Shown: piece by piece, positions 11,101-25,032 of the stretch | Layout of the letters: every line of letters starts with the position of its first letter | Numbering within the stretch: the stretch's first letter is position 1 | Assembly (NCBI GenBank): GCA_036172245.1 | Contig: JAYWIR010000022.1 | Location: 2,728,001 to 2,792,000 of the forward strand | Source: Raillietiella orientalis | Lineage: Eukaryota | Direction: 5' to 3' | DNA length: 64,000 nucleotides | The notes under the pieces: generated by a model | Told to the model about the DNA's origin: nothing | What the model saw: the letters and a program-made list of their open reading frames with translations, nothing else | Database searches by the model: none | Program-made: the position numbers and the translations under genes

Positions 11101-13200
11101 CTGGGAGCAGCTTCTCTGACCTACCTCCAACAGCACAAGGGACGTTACCAATAGGATCGTCTGGATCCTTGAGGAGTGGTTAGCAATCCTTGCTGCTGCC
11201 TACCTCCAGGAAATTTAAACCGATCTTCCGTCGAGTGGTGAGGGTTGAGATTCCATGCCCTGTGCTCTTACCATTCGACGAAAGAGAAATGTCAAGGCAG
11301 CAGTGAAACAGGGAGAAATGCATTTCGGTCATCTTGACTTCGATTCCACGTCCCTGAGATGAGAACGCTGCAAGGGAGTTTTGTGACCCCTCATCCTCGC
11401 TTTCTTGAGGAGCTTTAGCGAGCTCCAAATGGGATTTTAAGGGAAGAGTCGTGAATTTTGCATCGTCCCGATGCATCATTTCCGGAAGAGGAATTTCAAA
11501 GAGCGGATGTTCTTTGCACGCAACTGAGAGTCCATACTCAGGAAGCGTAGATCGAGCGATCGGAAGTATCTCTTCCCCGCGAATCCGGGAGCCTGTTGTC
11601 CAGGTATTTTCTGCTTTCCCAAGGCATATTTCTCCGTTCCTCAAAGGGACCCTCAGGATCCCACTTTTTCCAACGACTTGGGGTCGGTTGGACCATGCTC
11701 AAACAGCTGTTGGCACAGGGATCCCTCGCCACATCAGACCTTTAGGACTCTCACTGAAGTGTTCGCTACCACCATCAGCTTCTGAGTCCACAGAGGCTCC
11801 AAGAGACCAATTTCTTCTGGGCGCGCGAGCCCTCCTGCCCGGCAGAAGGCTGAACAGTCTGCCGTCCTTAGACCATGGAACACCGGAAAGCGGGAGCGGC
11901 TCTGTCCCGGAGGTTGGGGACAGGCGCGATGCTCGGGACGCGTCCATCTCCAGGGTCGGTTGCTCGGCCGGGTGAGTCGCTGCCGAGACACTCCTTAGCG
12001 GATCGAGACATCCGTGGGTGCCGCCGTCCCGTGGCCAAGGGCTCCTTCCGTGAGAGTTGATGGGCCGGAACGAACGGGAGCCGTAGCCAACCGTTTGCTT
12101 CATCCAGCAGAGCCGGTTCCGCTCACCGAAATCAGCGCCTCCTGGTGACGCTCGTGGGTCCCACACTTTCCACCAGCTACAGCTTTCGAGCCCTCTCGAC
12201 TGTTCACCCATTTCCGGTTCGAGAATGGGTTGAGGTCATTTAGGCCCCAACGCCTCGCATCACCCACTTTACCGGGAGAGGCTCCGTTCTCCTTCCCCTG
12301 AGATGAGCGCCAGCTACCCCGAAGGAGACTTCGGAGGAAACCACAGCTGGATGGTTCCATTCGTCTTCCTCGCCTGGGTGCGGCTTTCATGGCCGGTTCG
12401 CACGAAAGTCCACCTTCAATCCAGTAGAGCGAACGTCCAGGAAGAGATGGCCCACAAAGGGATAAGCGCCGCTATTATTGAGTAAGACGTGGTTCTTTCA
12501 CTCCACTTCTGCTGCATCTCACCCGTTCTCATGGACAAGAGGAAAAGTGAAAAGAGGGGATCATCATTTTACAAGAAGAAGCACGACTTTGTGACCATCG
12601 TTTCGTGTTTCGTTGTTGTTGAATCCGACTGTCAACGCTGAGTCGTCCGTACATCGGCAGGTCGGGAATTCTGCCACCCGACCCAAGCAAAGCGGAACGG
12701 GAAGGGCAAGAGACGGGAACGGGAGGATGAGGTGCCAACTAATTTGGACTTGGAATCGAAACGAGGCGCAAGTCCTGCAGACGACGGGGGGGGGAGATGA
12801 AGAGCTCCCAACACTGCTCGTGCCATCCACTGCGGGCAAGCTAAAAGGGCCATTGCGGTGTGTTTTGTCCGTGATGGCGGCGCGCTGGACAGCCGATTCA
12901 CCACTTCCGTTGGTATCTCTTGGCAGCGACGAGGTTTTCTGAACGCACGGAATCCTGGAAAGTGAATCGTGTTTGGAGGAGGCGAGGTAAAGGAACGAGG
13001 CAACCATTTGAGTGATGGGATGGGGATCCATAAAATCGGGTCTTCCAAATGTGCTCCAGTGGGATCTTCTAATAAATGAGAACCGAGTGAGACCAAAAGT
13101 ACGGAAAGGGTGAAAAGATGATGTGATTCGAATTGACTCCGTGTACCCGAGGGAGGATCCAAAGAACTCTGAAAGCTGTGGAAAGTCCTGCAGGAGTTGG
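8199..13200 (-). mobile_element. Decayed L1/Tx1-like LINE (copy C)
   Basis: ORF2 C-terminus 8405..8740 is clearly homologous to copy A (LFVKDTLPPAASLAALCCL vs LFVGDTLRTGALLAALCCL) and shares its 3' UTR. Degenerate RT traces (FTLHQRDVRRQL resembling GVRQG near 9970) and an endonuclease-start-like LMVVANTSVRVLK near 11760. 5' boundary uncertain. Confidence 0.65.
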
Positions 13201-15032
13201 GAAAAGCAAGGAATCACCCACTGAGGAAGGAACAGTTAAAGAGTCGATGTTCCTGAATCAAATAAAGTGTGCTCTTTGCCGTGTTTGGATGTCTGTCCCG
13301 TGTTTCCGAGAGCGAGAAAATTCTCTGTACATGATACACAAAGTTGCAAGTATGGAATTTCTTGCCTTTGGGTAAGAAATTACATGGAGCAGCAGTTGCG
13401 TATAAAATACACGTATACCAACTTCTCTTTTACTAGGTTCCGGGGCTAGAATTTGGTCCCTGTCAATAGCAGAAAGGAAAAATGAAATTTAGAAAGAAAA
13501 AACAAAGCGAATGCAAGGGAATAGAGATTAGAATTCAGTTTGCGTCCAAAAACGTAGTAATGTACGCTGTATGGATGCCCGAAGCAAGAAACCAAAATAC
13601 TGCGAACATAAGAAATGACTTCAAATCCCCGTCAAGACAGGAAGCAAGGTGGACAACGGCTTGCTAAAGGTCTCGGTGGAAATCCATGAGAGAAGCAATC
13701 AAATTCTACTTATCGAAACCGATCACCATGGCAAATCTGCGAGACTTTATCGATCGGAACTAATGAATTTGTGAGATTCGAGACCATTCGGAACCGATCT
13801 TCCCACTTTGTGGATGGGAAGGAAGGGAAATGCGTGTGCGTACGCATATACGTATTCGAAAGAAAATCCCATACCCAAAAAAAGATGCCGAAAATTCAAT
13901 ATCTGGTTGACCCCACGGAGAATGATGGTGACCGGTAAACTCACAGTTGAGGGACACAAAAGAGACGGGAGCATTCATTCATTGCGAGCCACGTGGCAAT
14001 GAATCTGCACTCCTGCGCAGATCACTGAGGAGCAAAGAGTAAGGAGAAGTGAAACAAAAACGAGCATTCCTCTTCACCAGAAGATTAAACAATCTCGGCA
14101 AGTAGGCAATTGGTAGCACGGAAAATGTTGATGGTACATGTCACGATCCTGCACGATCACCTGCAGGACTGAAGTCGTGGTGTTCCTGTGCGACGCTGTC
14201 GCCCGAAATGAAGCACCACGAGGTGGAGGTTGGAGTTGTTTTTGGTAGGGTTTGAAAAGATGAGCTTTGATTCAACTCGTTCGGGTTGCTCGTCTCCCTT
14301 CCCATGAACACATACACGTTCGAAAAGGAGTCTCACGAAATTCTGCGAAACGCAACTGGCAAAAGCGAAACGGAGGGAAAAGGAAAGAGCTGCATTCACT
14401 TCCTGAAGATTTGCAATTCAAGTCTTCCCACATGTGTGTCCAGGGAGGCTGCTGTTGCAAGCTTGCCAACCGCACCGATTGATGAGGCGACGGCGGCGGC
14501 GTTGAGCCGCGCGAGCCCTCTGGCGGGAAGCTGCGCAGCACCAAACTGGCGGCAAACCACGTGGAAATGCTTGGAGGGAAGGATTCAGCTTCTTTCAGAA
14601 CACAGGCAAGCAAGGACTTTGATTCGAAGGATCCGGAATTCGCTTCCGCAGCTGCAGGCGAGGCGACAATCCGTCGGAAAAATCAGAAAACAAACAAACC
14701 GTCCAGTTCCCACGTGATCGACAATAAAAGCTCATACGTGTCCACTTGAGATTATCTCCGTTCCTTGTACTTAATATGCAGAAAGTCGCCAATAGTTCCA
14801 TTTATTTTGTTTGCGCTATGAATCGAATTGATCGCGTTTTTTTTCTTTTCCTTTAAAAAACGCAGCTTGAATAGGAAGAGTCAACGTGGGCTTTTTCTCT
14901 GGTGAATGATGTGTAACGGAACCGGGATGGAGATTTCAGCTCTCACATTTTCTAGAGGTGTAGTGGACTTCGAGTGGTCCCATCTTACTGGACGTTGCGT
15001 CAACAGCTCCTTGTGTGCCTTCTTCTTTTGTC

Positions 15033-15050
15033 TGTGTGTGTGTGTGTGTG
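15033..15050. repeat. (TG)9 microsatellite
   Basis: Directly visible. Confidence 0.95.
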
Positions 15051-16199
15051 TCATTTTCTTTGTCCTTTCGAAACTGCAGCAAAGGCGAGCCGGAGGCAGA
15101 AACAGGAAATCCCTCGATATCTAGCCGACGCAACACCCACATCGCGATTAAACCCCTGTTGCCACGTGGTCGTCACGTAACCACCTCGCCTTCTGGATCG
15201 TCAGCCTGGATTTTCCTTGCCGCAGCTGCTCCTCGGAGAGCGCACTTTTGACAGCTGCGGGGGATCCTTGGCTCTCCACGTGGGAGGAATAAGGAAGAGA
15301 GTGGTCCGTTCGAGGCAATGATGCTCCAGGCAGCTCGCCGTCACCGGGGGAAGGGGGGGTGGGGGGTGGCGATGTGCGTGCGGTGCAAGCGTTTAGCTGA
15401 CTGACGTGTGCCAAACAGGTCAGAGTGGGCAAAGAGGTTCCTCCTCTGCAAATGCTTGAGAGGGTGGTCTGCTGGCCGGTCTCGTCTCATCGGGAGTCTT
15501 CCGCGGACCTCCCGAAGAGGAAGGACGGAAGGAAAGAGGGGGGGACGACGACTCCCTCGCGACCGGATGCCGCTGCGGGCATCTCCAGCTCTGCGCGGCG
15601 GCTCTCCGGGTCCCCCTTCGCTTCGCGCACTTGAGGAAATGCGAAAAAAATTGGCTTGTGGTCATACAGCCTCCTTGGAGAGCAGGGAGGGAAGATCGTG
15701 GGAGCAAAAAAAAGGGCAGGCGCCGCACGAGATGTAGTAATGACAAAGAGATGCACGAGAGTGAGTCCGGAAGAAATCTGGGAGTTTCGCGTTTGACCGC
15801 CTGCCGTGGCTGTTCGGCAGCTCAACTGTGAGTTCGTCTGAGTGGCCTGCACGCGGAGAGATGAGCGAGAAGACGTTCCCTCGACCAGGTAAGCGATCTG
15901 CCCTCTCTCCTCCCTCTCCTGCCGGAACTGTGTGCTTGGGAAGGGGGCAGAAATCGCCGGCGATCTATCGCCAGTGACCTCGATCCTTTGTTGCGGTGGC
16001 TCGTCTAGGCAAGAGTTCGTGGCTGGAGCTCGTGGCTCTCTCGAAACCTCGCTCGAGTCCGCTTCGCTCGCTTTCCTTTGGGGTGCTCGCGAGGGGTAGC
16101 TCGTTGTCGCGGAGATATCCATTTGTGGAGGGTGGTACCGTGGAGGGTGGGGATTCAGCGCCCTCTTTCTCGTAAATCGGTGAAGCCCTCAATAACATC

Positions 16200-19100
16200 C
16201 CATCCGAGAGATCAAGACTAGTCCCCTGGGGAGAGAGCGTCCACATCTAGGCTTTGAGTTCGTTTTCCAGTTCTCTCGAGGAGGAAAGGTACGGAAAGCG
16301 GAGTCGGTTGCCAAGGGGGCTGCTTCTTCCTCGACTCCCTGGATGTGATCGCTGGTTTCGCACGAAAGTGAGGATGTTTCAGGAAGGCGACGGCCTCTTT
16401 CCCGGAGCCGCTCGTCCTTTCCCAGGAAGGCACACGAACGTCGCAGGAACACCCTTGGATCTTGCACGGAGCACCAGGAGTCCACCATCTGCCCTCGCTT
16501 TCTGAGAGAGATGAGAAATTGGGAAGCAGCTTGCTCATCTCGAGAGAAAGGAAGATGCCATTGCCGATTCCCCTCCCATCACTGAAGATGCGAGAGAGAT
16601 TGCCCTTATCGCGCTTTCATCACCGGCGCGCACCGCACATGATCTGCCACCAGAAGAGCGTGGCAAAGGATGAGGAGGTTTTAGTCCGGAGATGACGTTG
16701 CAAAGCCTCGAAGCGTCCGGGAAAGAGGTTGGGGAGGAGGGGGGAGGAGGGAAGGGGAAGGAGGAGGGAGAAACGCATATCCGCTTCCTTGAAAGGGAAC
16801 AGGTTCTCCGTCCGAGACATCCGGACCTTCCTCAAGACCGATTCGGTAGAAGGGATCTGGGGGGTGGAGACCCACTCGCAAGGAATCTCCAGGGAAGTGC
16901 CACGTGCGTCCGTCGTCGTCGCTCCGGGCCGCGATAGCACAGTTTATGCAGAACGCGGGGTCACCACCAGCTTGCCCGGGCTTGGTCCGGCAACCAAGGC
17001 GGAATCTTCGGTCACAGGGTGAGAAAGGGACCGCAGCACCCTCACGTTCGAGAGAAAGTCGAGGAACTCAGGACTGCAAGAGCTCTCTCCTCGAAGCTAC
17101 CTGTAACGGTCGGGATCGATAAAGACCACGGAAGTGTAGAAGATGTGGTGTAGCTGTAACTCGCACGCATACACGCAGCACGCGTCAGAAGACAGGATCG
17201 ACCTTCCTGCGCTCGGTCAACCTCCACTGAGAGGGCCATAAGCCGCAAGATGAGATTCACAGTTTCAACCCTTGGAGCTTTAGGGGATGATTTCATTCCA
17301 AGCAATGATTGGCCGAGCTGAGTGACGTATTTTCAGATGATTGACGGATTTCTTCTTCTTCTTCTTGTACCTTGAAACGTCACACGACCAAAACACTCAA
17401 GCAGGCAGGTGTTTCCACAGTAAGCTGGGAGATCGACTCGAGAACAAGATAGAGTGAAACTCCGGATTCCATCCGTCTCCCGTGGCAACGCAGGAAGCAC
17501 TCTTCTCAAACGAGAGCTAAAAGGAAAGGACAATTAAAGTTCCTCTGTTCTGCGGTACGAAGGTCACGAGAACGAAGCGTTCCGGTGGCTGACAGACTCG
17601 TGTCTCGACAAAGTTGCTCCGGAAACGGTTAAAAGATCATTAACGAATCCTCTGCCTCGGAATCGCTCCGACCTTCCCTGCAGGCGCCGTTTCCATGCGA
17701 ATCCAGCTTCCTGAAGGAAGGGATGAAACCGAACAGGCTATGCACGACCGGTCATCTCACGTCGTTGTGGGAAAGAGTTGCGGAGCAGAAACCCAAGCAG
17801 CGAGGCCCCCTGGAAACTGGCGGCTCGAAATCTTCGTCGAACCAGAAGTTAAAAAATGAATACCAGCGATGTATTGAAGGAGCCTGCAATGGATCGGATT
17901 GCCCCAAAGAGACCCGATGCTCCTCTCGGGGAAGGAAGGGGAGGAGGGAGGAGGAGGAACGGAACACAAAGGAACCATTAGTAGGTGAGCATTTTGAGAG
18001 GCAGATGTTCGAGCCACCCGTTTCAAGGTACGCCATCACCGAAGCAGCTGCCTCTCCCTGAGCATTTCACTTTGATTACCGGTCTGTGATCATCGCAAAT
18101 TTCTGTTCCTTGCAATGGTCGGATGGGCAGAGCCCAAGGGGATGGAAAGGTTAGCAGAATTCATTCCCCTTCGCAAGCCAATATCGAGGAACCCGTAGAC
18201 CACCAGAGCTCTCCTCACGCCTGATGCAGCACGAGCACAAAGACAACTGGTATTCGCCACAAGCAGCGGCATACCGACTCCAAGAGGCCATCAGGGAAAA
18301 AAGAATGGGAAGATGCAGAGGAAGTGAAGGGAAAATCGCAGATACGAATTTGCGGTATCTCTGGCACGCGGGACACTCACCCTCTGTGAGATCGCACGCC
18401 GTGCTCCGCCGTGGAGCGGCTGGAATTTCCTCCTCGCTTCCAAGCACTTTTCTTGATTCTTTCCTGTGTGCATGTCCTGAGATAATTTTGTTGCTTTCTG
18501 CCGTTCCATTTTGGATGCACGGAGACCCGCCCGCCCTGTGTGATCATACCGAAAGGTCCAGATTTCGTGAAAACGTGGATCTTCCTGCTCGTCCTGCACG
18601 GTCTCTCCGCTGCTTTCTTCGTCGGTGGCTCTCCAAAAAGATCTGTGATCCAGCAAGATTAAGTGATTTTTCTCAACGGAGGCAGGGGGGAAGGGTCTTT
18701 TTCTTCGTACGCGGAGGGCAAGTGGGTGTTGCATTCCCCAGAGGATTCAGTGTTCCTCTCTCTGTTCTTCTCCCGCAACTCGTTTCTAACGCTCCGGAAA
18801 TAGTGAAATATTTCTGGAAGCGTTCACTCTACGAGGAAGAGTAGGGAATTTTCTAGAAAGCAATCCTGACCGAGATATCAAGGAATGCCTTGTTATCGGG
18901 TGAAAGAATAAATCCGAGACGTAGCAGAACAGAGGCCTTCAAGGATGTCTGGCTTCTGCTTTTGAATTCGAAATGATTCTTCATTGAGAAAGCTAAAAAA
19001 AGTAGCTTTGCTGAGACAAAAGAGACTCACCGGTATCGAAATGGCAAGCCCGCAGGCGGTCGTCATTGTTGTGGCTTGTTTCCTTAGGTTGACTTGAGCT

Positions 19101-19700
19101 TCACTCTATTTTGGCTTACAAGCTTGCACGGACTTTTGGACAACCTCGAGCCACTGGGGATTCGCATGGTGCTATTCCGGAGACCAACAAGAGACCAAGA
19201 GGGACAAGTTTTTTCCCTTTCGATATCCTTCCTGTGTTGGGAAGGCAACTCTTGGACCTCTGCTTGTGATCCACATTTGTGCCTCTCTCCCTAAACTCAA
19301 CATTCGCATCCATCTACCATGGACTCTAGGTTTACGGGCGATTTCACCTTTTCGGTCAAAATTTCTTGACCTTCCATAACCATTTTCAGTTTGACCGCTC
19401 ACCCCTGAGGCTAGAAATGAGGCTGCATTGCGAGGCAAGATGTTCCCTGTGCATCTTGCCTCCCAATCCAGCCTCCTTCCATCTGAAAGCGGTGCTCCTG
19501 CTCCGGTTGTGAACTGTGACAGGTCTGAACCTGAAGAATCTGATTGGATGCTTTTGGTCTAGATTCGTCAGTTTGTTAAAGTACCGTTAAAGTACTTAAC
19601 AGTACCTGAGTCTTACGTTTCGTGAACCGTTATTCTGGAATGAGCCAGTGCCAAGGGATTCTCTGAGCACTGCCGGCGTGGTCCAAGGAAGCGGAAGAGA
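16200..19700 (-). mobile_element. Decayed LINE ORF2 relic
   Basis: Fragments in the expected order on the minus strand: endonuclease-like traces near 19.1-19.6 kb, post-RT-like LILRLMALSVEVDRAQEGRSCLL (17042..17305), and zf-RVT-start-like LFWWQIMCGA near 16640. Many stops and frameshifts. Confidence 0.45.
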
Positions 19701-22037
19701 GGCGAATAGAGAGAGGGAGAGAGAGAGAGAAACTGCTTGATTACCAACCGAATGAATCAAATGGATCACCATCGATGAAGCCGACGCTCGTAACGCACGC
19801 GGCTGCCTTTCGCTCTCTCTCTTCGGAAGGGTTTCGAATCGCTCCTTGGAAGCAGAGATATCCACTCCTCCTCCTCGTCTTTCTCTCTTTCTCTCTGGCG
19901 AAACTCATGATATATCCTCTCCCCATTCATCTGGGCGCTCGAGCTGCACTTCCGGTAAAAGGGAGGGACGCGCACTGCTGAAGTCGGGGCGTGACTTCAC
20001 ATCGGGAGACAGAGAGAAAGAACTGAAGAAGAAAAGGCCACTTCAGCTCCTTCCTTCGGTCTTTCCTGGAACACAAGCAGGCGCGGCTGTGGCTAAGGGT
20101 TCGAGTCCATTCTTGCCTGCAATCGGAATGACCTCCCCGGGAACGCGCGTTTCTCTTTTCCACCTGTGGTGCTCAGGCTGTCACCTGCAGACCTCGAACG
20201 CGCGGCCCAGCTCCTCACCCAGAACACGGGAAGTTCCCAAGAGAAAGGGCGAGAGTGATCCCCCGATTTTCCCCGTTCCTTTGAAAAAGCTCACGAGGTA
20301 CGGGGAGGGCAAAGTGGAATTTCACCTGCGTGGGAGGCGGACTCGAGCACGTTAAACCGTGCGACCCGTCTTCCCGTCTCCGCAGAGAGCGCGCAAGAGC
20401 TGATCTGTGGCATCGACCTGCGTGACTCGAGGCTGTGAGGTTTCTAAAATCCAAAACCTCAGCCCTAACCATCCGCTGTCTCTCACTTTCAAAATTCCTG
20501 CGCCTGGGGAACGGGTGACCTTCGGGATCAAGATCTCTGGAGAAACTCGGAATTCGAGCCCTCAAGCTCCGCCTCTTTCCCTTAGCCTACGGGCTCCCTA
20601 CTCGGAGCTGCGCTTTCGTCTCGCAAGTCCACATCCTCTCTCCCCCGTCCTCATCTCGCCTCGGATTGCATTTCGAAACTGCCGATTCCCGCCCGAAGCC
20701 TCGGAGCTGTACACCGGCACGACTCCCTCTCAGCTCTGGCCACGAGTCACTGCCTCAGGCATCCCGCTTTCAAGAAAAAGAGGTCATCATCTCCCTTGTG
20801 CCCGCGTCCCAAACAAATTTTATCTTCCTAATGAGCATCGCCAGCGCACCACGCAAAGAGATCGGCACTTTGGAGAATTTGGGGCCGAACTGGTCACGGG
20901 GAAAGAATTCCAGAGACGAGGGATAGAAGGGAAGAAACCCCTTGAACAGAAACCGAACGAACGCTCCCTGCTGCTGCCATCGGTCGGGCAACCGCGGCTT
21001 TGCGCCGACCTGCCTAAGACCACTTGCTGGTGCTTCTGCTTCGGATGGCACCACCCGGAAGTCCACCGTTTCGATCTCCACAGAGAAAGGGGGCGCATCC
21101 TCGCTTGACTGGGCTCCGAGGCTCGCAGCGGCCGGAGGCGAAACGGCTGCGACCACACCACAAAAACGAGTCCCAGCCACCCACACCTTCCGCCTCCAGA
21201 GAGCATCCGACCGGCAGCATGCGGAGATCCTCAAAGGGAGACGCTTCCGAAGCGCAATCCCTGCTGCTTTGTGGGCTGTCTCTTCGGAGTCCTTCCTCGT
21301 GGCCCCGGAAAGAGTGTGCTTCCTGCCCGACTCACCTCCCTATTTCTTCAAGTGTTCACTCCTTGTCTTGGCTCGGAGAGTCACCTCGTGGATCCGGAGA
21401 TTTCGTCTCAGCCCGCATGCTGCTCTCGCCCCTGAAGCCGGTCGCTGTTCCGTGTCTTCCGCCACGTTTCTGCCTTCCCTTCTTGCACGACATTCACCCT
21501 CTGTGCTTTTCTCCAGAGGAGCGACACCTCCGTTCTGGAACAGAGGCTTCTGGTTTCCGATCAGGCAGTTGCAAGGGAAGCTGTCCGTACGTTTTCCTTT
21601 TTTTTTTTTTTTTCTTTTTTGTCGGATTAAGGGTTCCTATAAACCGGCTTTTCTCGGGAAGGGAAGGGAAGGGGGAGGGGGTGAATCAATCAGATCAGTT
21701 GCTGATGTGGGAACCGCTTTCGAACCATCCCGATGGCTGCCATCGAAGTCAGCAACACGTTAAGACGGAAATGCTACAGGAAAAGGATGTAGGCGCGGAA
21801 ACTTTTTGGTCTCGTGATTCCTTCCATCTCGAAAGTGCAGACGGAGAGACCGAATCCGGGAACGCGGTCCAGGCTGCATCCCTCGCGCTTCGCCGTTTCT
21901 CTTCTCCAGTTCGTCCATTCCGACCCTCACTGAGCTTCTTCTTTCATCGTCCCCCGGGTGGGTGGATGGGGCTTTCTACGTCCCCCAGATTTTGATGATA
22001 GCGAAATTTCTTCCCCCTTTCCAAGGACTCTGAAAAA

Positions 22038-23284
22038 ATGTCGGGAATGCTGGACATCCTGCTCTTCGTTTCTTTGCTTCTCTCGAGCTCCTCCGCATCG
22101 GATGGACCGGAGAGCTTCAGCCGTGAGTCGATGGGCAAGATGTGGACGTGAGGTCCGCAGCCGCCTTTCCAGATCGAGCTGGAGAGCAGAGCTCTGACCC
22201 TGAGGAGGGACTCGAGGCTCCCCATCCAGTCCACGGAGCCGTAGACGGCAGCCAGGCTAACCGAACGGTCTTGCACGAAGCCCCCTTCAGAGTCCACTCC
22301 TCCCCTGAGAGAGGAGGAGGAAGCTACCTACAGGTCCTAAGGAGGAGGAGGGCCCAGAGGAAGAGAGCAGCAGTCAAAGATTTCGACATAATCGAAGCTC
22401 TGGGTCACGTTGCGGAGAGCATAGACGAGAGAGCCGAGAGCGCGGTGCTCGCGAAAGCCCAGTCGAAGAAGATCGTCATACTGGCGACGTGGAGGAGCGG
22501 GAGCACCTTCCTCGGACAGTTCCTGGAGTCTCAGCTCGGAGCGTTCAACCACTACGAGCCCCTCAGCCACCTTGGCATGAAGCAGATCAGGGAGCGGGAG
22601 GATGCGGGCGTTGCCTTGGATCTGATCCGGGGTCTCTTCCGATGCGAGTTTCAATATCCCTACCTGGAGTACCTGTTCAACAGGGCCGAGGACATGCTGA
22701 CTCACAACACGTGCATCTGGAAGGCGTGCCAGCAGAGCTCGAATTTCTATACGTGCTTCAACTCTACCTTCTTGGAAGAATCGTGCTCCCTCTTTCGAAT
22801 CCACTTAATGAAGTTGGTGAGGCTTCGGCTGAACCTGGCGCGTCCGCTACTGGATGAATTTCCTGACATGAAGATAATCCACCTGACGCGCGATCCGAGA
22901 GCCATCATGAGCTCCCGACTGTTTTCCGTGAAATGGTGCGTAGCATCGAAAGATTGCCACGATGCCAGCGCGCTATGCAAAGACCTGGAATCCGACAGAA
23001 TAGCAGCAGAAGAAATCAGGGAGAAATACCCTGGCAGATTTTACTCCCTTCGGTACGAAGATATAGCCAGGTTCCCTGTGGACACCATGGCGAAACTGTT
23101 TTCCTTCTTGGGATTCCCGTTCGGCAAACGAGAAATCCTCTACCTGCTCCATCACACAAACTCCGACGAAGATGTCCCTTGGAGTACCAAGCGCAAAGCA
23201 GTCACGAGAATCCTGAGATGGAAAAAGCTGCTGTCTCAGGGACAGATCGGTATGATTGAAGAGCTTTGTAAGAGTGTCTTGTAG
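22038..23284 (+). CDS. Carbohydrate (Gal/GlcNAc-6-O type) sulfotransferase, CHST1/CHST4/CHST5-like family; exons 22038-22122 and 22173-23284
   Basis: 5'-PSB motif VILATWRSGSTFLGQ, YEPL motif, KLVRLRL, 3'-PB motif HLTRDPRAIMSSR and LRYEDIA. A 50-nt GT-AG intron (gtgagt...ttccag, phase 1) joins a hydrophobic N-terminal exon MSGMLDILLFVSLLLSSSSAS in frame. Confidence 0.92.
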
Positions 23285-24851
23285 ACACTTGATTGGTAAA
23301 TCATTCTGCTCGTTTCCAAGAATACAAGCAATCCAAAATTCCTATGAAGTCGATTATTCATCATACGTGAAAACAAGGCTCGTTCAGTGTCGCTTCCAAA
23401 CCAGAACCAGCTTGGTCCAATTCATGCCTCTTGTGATTCTTAAAGTCAGATACTTGAATTTCTTGCGTGAGAACTGATCCTCTGATAAAGCGGAAGTTGC
23501 ACTTTCTTGCATTTTTTTCTTGCTTTCCTTCGTTCTTCCTTGAGGACACAACTACTCCAACACTAATGAACAATGAAATGTACAACAGGATCACATGATG
23601 AATTTCTTTTTTTTTTTTTTGACGATGTTCCAACAGAAATTAAAAATCACCCTAATAAAATTTCATTTTCTTTCACATATCTATCAACAGATCAATGTCT
23701 TAACATCTCGGGATATATATCTCCCCCGGCGCATAACTAGAAGCGTAAGCTGATAAAACTATTTAATTTAGCAGACTTTTTTCAAAATGCTTAGTCCCGA
23801 AGCTTCAGATGGAAAAAAAAAAAAAAAAACATCTTTGGAATTCCGGATGAGTACTCTTAGCGTGGAAAGTCTCAAAAGGCCTTCAAAATTAAAAAAACCG
23901 CCTCTTGAATCGGAAATGAGGAGCGATGTGGTTCAATATCTCGAGCAGGTAGAGTATTGGAGTCCAACCACTCAAAGCCAAATGCTGAAAACGAAATTCT
24001 TAACCTGGCACTTTCTGGTATCCGCGAATGTTTTTTCTGTCAACGGGTGAAGCTGGAGTCTGATCAGAATAACAGATCGGAATTCGAATACTCAGTTTGA
24101 AGCATAAATTTGGCACTCTCTTTACTGATGAAACCGCAAAGGCTTCACATTCCAATTTCCCTCAATAGCAATTATGAATCTCATTTTGAGAACACGAGAA
24201 AGATCATAATTTCAAATGACAAGGGAATTTGACAACGCCACTTGAAGCCTTCATTTTACAACTTCATTTAATACTTTGAAGCTTTTTGTTTTTCGGACGC
24301 CAAAGGCACACTCATTCAGTGCGCTCTGGAGCTCGCTGAATACGAGTGGGCTATTTGATGTCCGAGGAAAAAAAAGTTCTACAAGTCGACAGCTCAAAGG
24401 AAAAGTAAATCTACTTTGATTTCATAAGCAATAATTTGTTTGAGCTTACACATAAGATTATACGGCCTACTAAATCACTTATTGTATGCAATCATGTATT
24501 AGACTCTTCTGATAAATGCAACATTTTAATGAGCATAGTAGAACTTTGAATCATCTTTAATAAATAGTATCTGATGGATGACGAAATGGAATGAAGTGCG
24601 TCATTAACAGAAGTTTTTTTTTCCTTTTTTTTTTTTTTCGTCAGTGTGAGCCCTTGTAGCTGACTGACACAAAAAATGAAAGGGAAGTACATATTGACCA
24701 GCTTGGAAAACATATGTACTGCAAATCTCTTATGAACATCTGAACTTTCTCACCGGCTCCATATTCAGAACTCTTTAGCAAACTGAAATTTTGATCTTGG
24801 AATACATAGATTAACTGAGCTAACTTGTGGAACGATGCAAAATAATACGAA

Positions 24852-25032
24852 TAAGCTGATTATCGATTAATCCGAAACAGTACTATAAAAGGAATTTTTA
24901 TCAGTAAATTAACATAGTATGAATAAGCGCAAACAGGTGCTCAGGGAGGAAGGACTGTCAATAAAAACTGTAAAGAAAACGATGAACTAGAGAGATAAAT
25001 TACTTGTAGTAGATTAATCGATAATCAGTTTA
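24852..25032. repeat. 21-bp inverted repeat pair (1 mismatch) around an AT-rich spacer; MITE-like
   Basis: 24852-24872 TAAGCTGATTATCGATTAATC vs 25012-25032 GATTAATCGATAATCAGTTTA. Confidence 0.7.

Noticed and set aside
20407..21995. Overlapping 233-, 273- and 323-aa ORFs
   Set aside because: They run through poly-T and G-runs and show no motifs; consistent with chance ORFs in GC-rich sequence.
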